Source: an uncultured Thermoleophilia bacterium
Lineage (GTDB): Bacteria; Actinomycetota; Thermoleophilia; UBA2241
Direction: 5' to 3'
Length of the DNA: 64,000 nucleotides
Assembly: GCA_963717965.1 (NCBI GenBank)
Contig: CAVQXS010000003.1
Location: 134,896-198,895, forward strand
The notes beneath the pieces were generated by a model. It made no database searches. It worked only from the letters and a program-made list of their open reading frames with translations, and had not been told where the DNA came from. Every line of letters begins with the position of its first letter. Position 1 is the first letter of the stretch. Positions 18,936-26,417 of the stretch are shown here, piece by piece. The position numbers and the translations under genes are program-made.

Positions 18936-19319
18936 ATGGCCCTGCGTAGCATCGTGAAGATCGACGAAGACCTCTGTACCGGGTGCGGCCTCTGCGTCAC
19001 CCCGTGCGCCGAAGGCGCGATCGAGATCATCGACGGCAAGGCCAAGGTCATGAAGGAGGAGTTGTGCGACGGCGCCGGCTTCTGCCTCGCCGTCTGCCCC
19101 GAAGGAGCCCTCACCGTGGAGAAGCGCGAAGCCCCCGACTTCGACGAAGACGCCGCCGCCGAGAAGATCGCGGAGAAGCTCGCCGCCCACGTGACCATCC
19201 AGCAGACCTGCATGAACTGCGGCCGCAGCGAGAACGAGGCCATCCTCTTCCCCGCCCGCACCAAGGGCGAGAGCGCCTGGGTGTGCGTCAAGTGCCTCCC
19301 GGCGCTCATCCACGGCTGA
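18936..19319 (+). CDS. 4Fe-4S ferredoxin-domain protein with a C-terminal CxxC...CxxC zinc-ribbon-like tail
   Basis: CTGCGLCVTPC and CDGAGFCLAVCP, then CMNCGRSENE...WVCVKC. Lies immediately upstream of cooS. Confidence 0.8.
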   Translation: MALRSIVKIDEDLCTGCGLCVTPCAEGAIEIIDGKAKVMKEELCDGAGFCLAVCPEGALTVEKREAPDFDEDAAAEKIAEKLAAHVTIQQTCMNCGRSENEAILFPARTKGESAWVCVKCLPALIHG

Positions 19320-19397
19320 GCCGCTCACCGCAGCCGACCACAAGCCCCTGACGGCGCCCCGGCGCCTGACGCTCCCCACCATCCCCAGGAGGGATCC

Positions 19398-21263
19398 ATG
19401 GCAGACAGTTATCACGAGTCCGTACACACCATGCTCAAGGAGTCCAGGGAGGCCGGCGAGAGCACCTCGTTCGACCGCATGGACGCCATGGGTACGCGCT
19501 GCAAGTTCTGTGAGCAGGGCATCCGCTGCTCGCTGTGTTCGCAGGGGCCCTGCCGGCTCACCGAGAAGGCCCCGCGCGGCGTCTGCGGCATCGACGCCGA
19601 CGGCATGGCGATGCGCAACTTCCTGCTCCAGAACACGATGGGCACCGCCACCTACACCTACCACGCAACCGAGGTCATGAAGACCCTGGCCCAGGCCAAG
19701 CCCGGCGGCACGTTCGAGATCAAGGACTGGAGCAAGCTCGAGACGCTCGCCGGCGTCGTCGACGAGGCCGTCGAGCCGCGCGACACGCTGCCGAAGCGCG
19801 TCGCCGACGCCATCCTTCGGGAGTTCAACCGGGACCACCAGAGCCCGTCGCCGTTCGTCGAGAAGCTGGCCCCGGCGAAGCGCGTCGCCAAGTGGAAGGA
19901 ACTCGGCATCATGCCGGGCGGCATCTTCCACGAGAGCATGTTCGCCACCTCGAGCTGCCTCACCAACGTCGACGGCAACTACGTGAGCCTCGCGCTCAAG
20001 GGCCTGCGCCTCGGCATCGCCACCGCCTACGGCGCCCAGATCCCGCTCGAGCTCGCCCAGGACGCGCTCTGGGGCACGCCGACGCCGCACCCGATCAAGG
20101 TCGACCTCGGCATCATCGACCCCGAGTACGTGAACATCGTCGTCAACGGCCACGAGCCGATGGTCGGCGCCGCCCTGATCGCCGCGGCCCACGAGGCTGC
20201 TGCCCAGGACCAGGCGAAGGCCGCCGGCGCCAAGGGCCTGCGCATCGTCGGCTCCATCGAGACCGGCCAGGAGCTCGTCCAGCGCTTCGAGGTCGACGAC
20301 GTCTTCGTCGGGCTCACCGGCAACTGGCTGACGGAGGAGCTCGCGGTCGCGACCGGCGGCGTCGACGTCTTCGCCGCCGACATGAACTGCACGGTGCCGA
20401 CCCTCGGTGCCACCTGCGCCGCCCACGGCACGCTCCTCGTGCCCGTCAGCGACCTCGTCGGCATCGACGGCGCCGAGACGCCGATCGTCTTCGACGCGGC
20501 CAACGCCGGCGCGCAGGCGCAGCAGCTCATCGGCCTCGCCGTCGCCAACTACCCCCAGCGCAAGGGACTCGGCCAGGAGACGCCGGACCTGCGCACCGGC
20601 GACGCCGTCGCCGGCTTCAGCACCGAGAGCATCCTCGGCGCCCTCGGTGGCAGCCTCGACCCGCTGCTCGACGTCATCAAGAACGGCACGCTCAAGGGCG
20701 TCTGCGGCCTCGTGAGCTGCACCACCCTGCGCGACTCCGACCAGGACAGCCACACCGTCGCCATCGCCAAGGAGCTCATCAAGAACGACGTGCTCGTACT
20801 GGCCATGGGCTGCGGCAACGCCGGCCTCCAGGTCGCCGGCCTCGAGACGGCCGAGGCGAAGAAGTACGCCGGCCCCGGCCTCACCGCCGTCTGCGAGCTG
20901 CTCGGCATCCCGCCGGTGCTCAGCTTCGGCACCTGCACCGACACCGGCCGCATCCTGCTGCTGGTGGGCGCCATCGCCGACGCCCTCGGCGTGGACACCT
21001 CGGACCTGCCCGTGGTCGCCACGGCCCCCGAGTACATGGAGCAGAAGGCCACCATCGACGCTATGGCCGCGCTGGCCTTCGGCCTCTACACGCACGTGAA
21101 CCCGGTGCCGTTCGTGACCGGCGCGCCGAACCTGGTCAAGCTCGTCACCCAGGACCTCCCGGGCGTCACCGGCGGCAAGCTCGCCGTCGAGACCGACGCC
21201 AAGGAAGCGGTCGCCGCCATGCTGGCGTGGATAGACGCAAAGCGGGCTGGCCTGGGCATCTGA
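19398..21263 (+). CDS. cooS: Anaerobic Ni-dependent carbon-monoxide dehydrogenase catalytic subunit
   Basis: 621 aa. N-terminal cluster motifs RCKFCEQGIRCSLCSQGPCRL and GVCGIDADGMAMRNFLL, then ...NGHEP...CTDTGRI; collinear with CooS throughout. RBS AGGAGGG. Confidence 0.92.
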   Translation: MADSYHESVHTMLKESREAGESTSFDRMDAMGTRCKFCEQGIRCSLCSQGPCRLTEKAPRGVCGIDADGMAMRNFLLQNTMGTATYTYHATEVMKTLAQAKPGGTFEIKDWSKLETLAGVVDEAVEPRDTLPKRVADAILREFNRDHQSPSPFVEKLAPAKRVAKWKELGIMPGGIFHESMFATSSCLTNVDGNYVSLALKGLRLGIATAYGAQIPLELAQDALWGTPTPHPIKVDLGIIDPEYVNIVVNGHEPMVGAALIAAAHEAAAQDQAKAAGAKGLRIVGSIETGQELVQRFEVDDVFVGLTGNWLTEELAVATGGVDVFAADMNCTVPTLGATCAAHGTLLVPVSDLVGIDGAETPIVFDAANAGAQAQQLIGLAVANYPQRKGLGQETPDLRTGDAVAGFSTESILGALGGSLDPLLDVIKNGTLKGVCGLVSCTTLRDSDQDSHTVAIAKELIKNDVLVLAMGCGNAGLQVAGLETAEAKKYAGPGLTAVCELLGIPPVLSFGTCTDTGRILLLVGAIADALGVDTSDLPVVATAPEYMEQKATIDAMAALAFGLYTHVNPVPFVTGAPNLVKLVTQDLPGVTGGKLAVETDAKEAVAAMLAWIDAKRAGLGI

Positions 21264-21316
21264 TCGACCAAGGGCTCGCGGCGTCAAGAAGCGCCAGCCG
21301 GCCGCAGCCCGACGTG

Positions 21317-21353
21317 ACGAGGGCGGGGAGTGCGATCCACTCCCCGCCCTCGC
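21317..21353. repeat. Palindromic hairpin element, copy 1 (ACGAGGGCGGGGAGTG-cgatc-CACTCCCCGCCCTCG); likely cooS terminator
   Basis: 15-bp perfect stem. The stem is identical to copy 2 at 21846. Confidence 0.7.
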
Positions 21354-21806
21354 TCGTTGATCCCCGGCTGGCAGGAGCGCGCCTACGACGAGGCCGCCTG
21401 GGCGGCCTTCGTGCGCGGCCAGGACGCCGACCCGCACGCCGTCGGCATGGATTACACGATCTTCAAGAAGACGCCCCCGGACGTGTCGATGGTGACCGCG
21501 CCGGTCTTCACCTACTACGGCGCCAAGGACACCTCGGTGCCCTACTCCCAGCGCTACGCCTGGGTGGCCGCCTACTCCTCGTCCAGCAAGATCATCCAGC
21601 GCAACTACCCCGACGGCGTGCACGACGTGCAGTACCGCCACTGGGACCAGATCCTGCTCGACGTCGCCGGCTACGGCGACTACCTCGTCATCGCCTACAA
21701 CGGGCGCACGTCCGTGATCCCGCAGAGCAGGTGGCCGAAGTACGAGGCGCGGGGCGCCATCCTCGGCATGCAGGCGTGGGTCACCGCGAAGGCGCCGGTC
21801 GACTGA
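21330..21806 (+). pseudogene. C-terminal fragment of an alpha/beta-hydrolase-like protein (5'-truncated remnant)
   Basis: ...APVFTYYGAKDTSVPYSQRY...YPDGVHDVQY resembles the Asp/His end of an alpha/beta hydrolase. There is no N-terminal nucleophile region. The ORF start lies inside the upstream hairpin. Confidence 0.4.
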
Positions 21807-21845
21807 GCCACGGCGAGCCTCGGCGACGGCCGAGCTCAGCGGCAC

Positions 21846-21882
21846 ACGAGGGCGGGGAGTGCATCGCACTCCCCGCCCTCGT
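21846..21882. repeat. Palindromic hairpin element, copy 2 (ACGAGGGCGGGGAGTG-catcg-CACTCCCCGCCCTCG); bidirectional terminator position
   Basis: Same 15-bp stem as copy 1. Lies between convergent ORF ends at 21806 and 21908. Confidence 0.7.
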
Positions 21883-21907
21883 CACGCTCGACCGGGCCGC
21901 CGCGGCT

Positions 21908-23527
21908 CTACCGCACTTCGAGCGCGGCGCGCGTGAGCACGGACCGGTGGCCGGCGACGTCCCAGGCGCGGGCGACGATCCGGTAGTCCCCGCGCCGCGC
22001 CGGCGCGGCGAAGCGCCACGTCTCGCGCTCGTTGACGGCGACAGCAGGGAGGCGGAGCGTGCGCAGCACGCGCCCGCTGCCGTTGCGCAGCCAGAGCTTC
22101 ACTACCGCGCTCCCGCTGGAGAACGAGGGGTCGGTCAGCGTGAAGCGGACACGCACGCCGGTAGCCGGCACCGCGGTCGTCCCCTCGAGCCTCACTCGTG
22201 GCGGCGCCGTGTCGGTCGCCCCCGACGAATCGACGAAGGCCTTCAGGCAGACGTCCGAGTTGCCGTAGCCGGAACGCCGCCTGATGTCCGTCCAGGTGCT
22301 GCCGTCGCGGCTGATGAAGGAACGCGCCACGGCCGCCTGGGGCACGAGCAGCCGGGACGGGTGCTCCACGGGGATCGGCGTGAGCGAGCCCGGCGTCGTC
22401 AGGAGGACGGCGACGACGAAGTCGGCGCCGGTCGTCACCGGGTCAGGCGTCGTGAGCCGTACCGTGTGGTAGCCGCCGACGGCAAGGGTCCCGGCGCCGG
22501 CGACCGGAGCCGCGGCGACCTCGGCGAGCGAGGGCGCCACGCGCACCTCGTAGGACGCGCCCGGCTTCGCCGTGTAGAAGCTCGCGGCGGTGACCCTGCC
22601 GTCGCCGCCGCTGGTGTAGCGCGCGGCGAACCAGGCAGTGCGGCTCTGGAAGCCGATGCTCTTCGACCAGCCGAGGGCGTCGTGCTGGTAGATGGCGTCG
22701 TAGTTCCCCCGGCCCTCGCTGCCGTTGAACACCGTCAGCGTCGTCCCGAGCATGCGGTCGTAGTACGAGACCCAGAAGTAGCCGCCCTGCCCATAGGAGG
22801 TGCCCCAGCTGTTCTTGATGAGGAAGGCGCCGGGGCCGGGCGGAGCGCGCAGGAACCGGCCGGCCGGATAGGCGTCGTTCCAGCCGACGATGCAGACATG
22901 GTGGTCGAGCTCCGTGTCGCGTGAGAAGTAGGCGCTGGTCGCGGGATTGAAGTCGCTGTGCTCGTACGCCATCGTCGCGTCGATCGCGCCGTACCGCATC
23001 ACCGCCCACTTGATGGCGGCGTTGGCGTGCGAACTGCTGTGGGGCGGGAGGAACAGCACCTCCTGGACGTGCCGGACCGCGCGCAGGCCTTCAGGGGAGT
23101 CTCCGGGGCGGGGATACGGGTCCTGGCTCTCGAGCACCGGGCCTTCCCAACGAGCGAAGTAGGCCGTGGAGATGGTGCTCGGGGCGCGCCCCCCTCCGAA
23201 GACGAGGCGTGAGCCCTGGAAATCCGCGAGGTGGTTCTCAGAGAGGTCCAGCCGGTGGCCGGGCAGCAGGCAAGACTCGAGGGAGCCGGCCGCGGCGAAG
23301 ATCCAGCAGGTGCTGCGGCGGTCCTGATCGCCGACGCGGGTGACGCGTCCCTGCACGCGCAGGTCATAGGACGAGGGGAAGCTCTTGCCGGTCCACGGCG
23401 CGGCCGCAGCCGTCGCCGCGGCGCCGGTGAGCGTCGTGACCCCGGCGACGGCGATCGCGGCGAGCACGATGAGGCCGCGTCGGGTCACCTGTCGCTCCTC
23501 ACTCCGCCCATGACCGGAAGGATACAC
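21908..23527 (-). CDS. Secreted papain-like C1 family cysteine peptidase with C-terminal beta-sandwich domains
   Basis: Signal peptide RRGLIVLAAIAVAG...AAAAP. Catalytic Cys QDRRSTCWIFAAAGSLES, His HHVCIVGW, and NSWGTSYGQGGYFWVSY. Confidence 0.8.
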   Translation of the reverse strand: MYPSGHGRSEERQVTRRGLIVLAAIAVAGVTTLTGAAATAAAAPWTGKSFPSSYDLRVQGRVTRVGDQDRRSTCWIFAAAGSLESCLLPGHRLDLSENHLADFQGSRLVFGGGRAPSTISTAYFARWEGPVLESQDPYPRPGDSPEGLRAVRHVQEVLFLPPHSSSHANAAIKWAVMRYGAIDATMAYEHSDFNPATSAYFSRDTELDHHVCIVGWNDAYPAGRFLRAPPGPGAFLIKNSWGTSYGQGGYFWVSYYDRMLGTTLTVFNGSEGRGNYDAIYQHDALGWSKSIGFQSRTAWFAARYTSGGDGRVTAASFYTAKPGASYEVRVAPSLAEVAAAPVAGAGTLAVGGYHTVRLTTPDPVTTGADFVVAVLLTTPGSLTPIPVEHPSRLLVPQAAVARSFISRDGSTWTDIRRRSGYGNSDVCLKAFVDSSGATDTAPPRVRLEGTTAVPATGVRVRFTLTDPSFSSGSAVVKLWLRNGSGRVLRTLRLPAVAVNERETWRFAAPARRGDYRIVARAWDVAGHRSVLTRAALEVR

Positions 23528-23710
23528 GTCCCCGGCGCCTGATCGTCGCCGCGGAGCTCCGGATCAGTCATCGGACGCAAACGATTGCCTCTGTAGACAG
23601 AACGTGTAGAATCCCGCGAATCGGCGGCTCTGCCGCCGATCCAGGTTTCTCGGACGCGGCGACGGACCTGGCCCTCGTGGGCCGGCGCCGGACACCGACT
23701 CCGGGCATCA

Positions 23711-23745
23711 AAGCCGGGGCGGGATCGCAGATCCCGCCCCGGCTT
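23711..23745 (-). terminator. Intrinsic terminator-like hairpin downstream of the PPC-domain gene
   Basis: AAGCCGGGGCGGGAT-cgcag-ATCCCGCCCCGGCTT, a 15-bp perfect stem. On the minus strand it runs into TTTGATG. Confidence 0.5.
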
Positions 23746-23790
23746 CTTCGTCCTTGGTCCGCGTCGGCCCGCGGTCCGTGGAGCTGGGCG

Positions 23791-24234
23791 TCAGACGTCC
23801 AGGAGCTCGAACCCGGTGTCCGGGTCGGCGCGGCGCGTCGCCTCGCTGCCGGTCAGCTCGATCACCACGACCTCGGCGACGATCCACGTGGTGACGCCGG
23901 TGCGGATGCAGCCGGCGGTCACCTGGACGTCGCGGCCGAAGGCCGCGTGCAGGTGCAGCACCGGCCGGCCGCTCTCGTCCGGGAAGATCGTGCCGGCGCC
24001 GGCCATCTCGTGCACGTCGTGGAGCACGCGCTGCATGGGCACGACCGGGGTGGCCTGCCCGTCCTCCGGGCCGACGACGACGCGGCTGCCTCCGGCGGCC
24101 CCTCCGAGCAGGATGACGGCGGCGCGCGCGATGCCTTCGGCTCGCGCCGCCTCCTCGATGCACTCGTGCACGACGTCGCCATCCTCCAGGCGGATGACGA
24201 GTGCGCGGCCGAGCGTGGCTGTGCTGTACTTCAT
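23791..24234 (-). CDS. PPC (DUF296) domain DNA-binding protein
   Basis: MKYSTATLGRALVIRLEDGDVVHECIEEAARAEGIARAAVILLGG...GTIFPDESGRPVLHLHAAFG. Confidence 0.8.
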   Translation of the reverse strand: MKYSTATLGRALVIRLEDGDVVHECIEEAARAEGIARAAVILLGGAAGGSRVVVGPEDGQATPVVPMQRVLHDVHEMAGAGTIFPDESGRPVLHLHAAFGRDVQVTAGCIRTGVTTWIVAEVVVIELTGSEATRRADPDTGFELLDV

Positions 24235-24323
24235 GACTGACCTCCTCGCGGGCTCCATCCTACCCGGCGCGGCGCAGATGAGCCGCGCGGCTCCCGTCCG
24301 TCAACCTTGCTAGACTCGGGCTC

Positions 24324-26321
24324 GTGATCCCCGCCCCGACCCCCACCGCCCCCGCGGCCTCTCCGCGCTCCGCTCGCGCCCTGCTGCGCGAGGTCTTCGG
24401 CTTCGCCGAGTACCGGCCTCACCAGGGGGAGATCGTCGAGCACCTGGTCTCGGGCGGCGACGCCTTCGTGCTCATGCCCACCGGCGGCGGCAAGTCGCTC
24501 TGTTACCAGCTGCCGGCCATGGTACGGCCGGGCACGGGCATCGTGGTGTCGCCCCTCATCTCGCTGATGAAAGACCAGGTCGACGCACTGCGGGCGGCCG
24601 GCGTCAGCGCCGCCGCCTACAACTCGTCGCTCGAGCCGAGCGAGGCACGCGGCGTGCTGCGCGCCCTGCACGCCGGCGAGCTCGACCTGTTGTATGTGGC
24701 ACCCGAGACGCTGATGACCGAGGGATTCCTCGCCCGGCTGAGCGGCCTCGGCGACGACGAAGAGGGCGGGACGGCGGGAGTACCGGTGCGACCCGGCCGC
24801 CCGCCGCGCGCCGGCGCGCCCGGCATCGCCATGATCGCCATCGACGAGGCGCACTGCGTCAGCCAGTGGGGCCACGACTTCCGCCCCGAGTACGTCCAGC
24901 TCGGGCAACTGCGCGGGCTGTTCCCCGGCGTGCCCATCCTCGCCTGCACGGCGACGGCCGACCCCGAGACGCGCGACGACGTGCGCCTGCGGCTGGGGCT
25001 CGACGACGCGGCCGTGTACGTCACCGGCTTCGACCGGCCCAACATCCGCTACACCGTCGTCGAGAAGCGCGAGCCGCTGCACCAGCTGCAGCAGTTCCTC
25101 GCCGGGCACGACGGCGAGTCCGGGATCGTCTACTGCCTCTCCCGCAAGCGCACCGAGGAGGTCGCCGAGAAGCTGCGCGCGCACGGCGTCGACGCCGCGG
25201 CTTACCATGCCGGCCTGCCGGCGGACGAGCGGCGGCGGGTGCAGGACGCCTTCGCCCGCGACGAGGTGACCATCGTCGTCGCCACCGTCGCCTTCGGCAT
25301 GGGCATCGACAAGAGCGACGTCCGCTTCGTCGTGCACTATGACCTCCCCAAGACCGTCGAGAGCTACTACCAGGAGACCGGGCGCAGCGGGCGCGACGGC
25401 CTGCCCGCCGAGGCGCTGCTCCTCTTCGGCCTCGGCGACGCCGCCGTCGTGCGCAGCCTCATCGAGGGCGGCGGCCGGGGAGCGAACGGAGGGGACGAGT
25501 TCGAGCGCGATCCGGAGCGCGTCCGCATCGAGATCCACAAGCTCAACGCGATGGTCGGCTATGCCGACGGCCTCAGCTGCCGCCGCGAGGCGCTGCTCGG
25601 CTACTTCGGCGAGCCTTACCCCGCGCCGTGCGGCAACTGCGACATCTGCCTCGAGCCGCCCGAGACGTTCGACGCCACGGAGCAGGCGCGGATGGCGCTC
25701 AGCTGCGTCTACCGGCTGTGGGAGCGCGACGGGTTCGGCTACGGCGTGGGCTACGTGATCGACGTCCTCCGCGGCTCCGAGAACGAGAAGATCGCCGCGC
25801 GCGGCCACGAGCAGCTCAGCACCTACGGCATCGGCGCCGAGCTCAGCCGCGACCACTGGCAGAGCCTCATCCGCCAGCTCATCCACCGCGGCTACCTCAC
25901 GCAGGACATCGCCCGCTACTCGGCGCTGCGGCTCACGGACGCGGCGCGGCCGCTCCTGCGCGGCGAGGAGACGGTCATCATGGCCAAGCCGAGGGTCCGC
26001 GTGCCGACCAAGAAGCAGCGCCTGCGCGTCGCGCGCACCGGCCGTGCGGCGGAGCTGGCCGGCCTGCCGGTCGACGAGGCGCTCTTCGAGGCGCTGCGCG
26101 CGCTGCGCAAGCAGCTGGCAGACGAGCAGAACGTGCCCGCCTACGTCGTCTTCAGCGACGCCACGCTGGCCGAGATGGCGGCGCGGCGCCCGGCCACGTA
26201 CGCAGAGCTCCTCGAGGTCAACGGCGTCGGTCAGGCCAAGCTCGAGCGGTACGGCGACGCCTTTCTGGAGGCGATCGCCGAGCGCGCCTCCGGCGGCTCG
26301 GCCGGCGGCGCACTCTTCTGA
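24324..26321 (+). CDS. recQ: ATP-dependent DNA helicase RecQ
   Basis: FGFAEYRPHQGEIV, MPTGGGKSLCYQLPA, IDEAHCVSQWGHDFRPEY, GIVYCLSRK, ATVAFGMGIDK, QETGRSGRDG, the Zn motif CRR...CGNCDIC, and a C-terminal HRDC domain (VFSDATLAEMA). Confidence 0.92.
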   Translation: MIPAPTPTAPAASPRSARALLREVFGFAEYRPHQGEIVEHLVSGGDAFVLMPTGGGKSLCYQLPAMVRPGTGIVVSPLISLMKDQVDALRAAGVSAAAYNSSLEPSEARGVLRALHAGELDLLYVAPETLMTEGFLARLSGLGDDEEGGTAGVPVRPGRPPRAGAPGIAMIAIDEAHCVSQWGHDFRPEYVQLGQLRGLFPGVPILACTATADPETRDDVRLRLGLDDAAVYVTGFDRPNIRYTVVEKREPLHQLQQFLAGHDGESGIVYCLSRKRTEEVAEKLRAHGVDAAAYHAGLPADERRRVQDAFARDEVTIVVATVAFGMGIDKSDVRFVVHYDLPKTVESYYQETGRSGRDGLPAEALLLFGLGDAAVVRSLIEGGGRGANGGDEFERDPERVRIEIHKLNAMVGYADGLSCRREALLGYFGEPYPAPCGNCDICLEPPETFDATEQARMALSCVYRLWERDGFGYGVGYVIDVLRGSENEKIAARGHEQLSTYGIGAELSRDHWQSLIRQLIHRGYLTQDIARYSALRLTDAARPLLRGEETVIMAKPRVRVPTKKQRLRVARTGRAAELAGLPVDEALFEALRALRKQLADEQNVPAYVVFSDATLAEMAARRPATYAELLEVNGVGQAKLERYGDAFLEAIAERASGGSAGGALF

Positions 26322-26417
26322 GGGCGGAGGCCGGGCGCTCGTCTGAGCGCGGAGGCACCGGGCGCCCGGCACCGCTGGGAGGCGAGGCCGGCGGCGGCCC
26401 CGTGGTAGCCTTGCGAG

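Noticed and set aside
18903-21869. 988-aa ORF antisense to the ferredoxin-cooS genes. Similar giant ORFs occur at 24231..27827 (1198 aa), 13773..16286 (837 aa), 48359..51025 (888 aa), 19535..22924 (1129 aa), 45566..47467 (633 aa) and 44056..45600.
   Set aside because: They are Arg/Ala/Gly/Pro/Asp-rich with no recognisable motifs. Each lies exactly opposite, or out of frame with, a gene that has strong family signatures. These are typical shadow ORFs of very GC-rich DNA.
21317-21882. CRISPR-like or tandem repeat array.
   Set aside because: There are only two copies, each a self-complementary hairpin, separated by about 0.5 kb of ORF-like sequence. No regularly spaced repeat-spacer structure occurs anywhere in the window.
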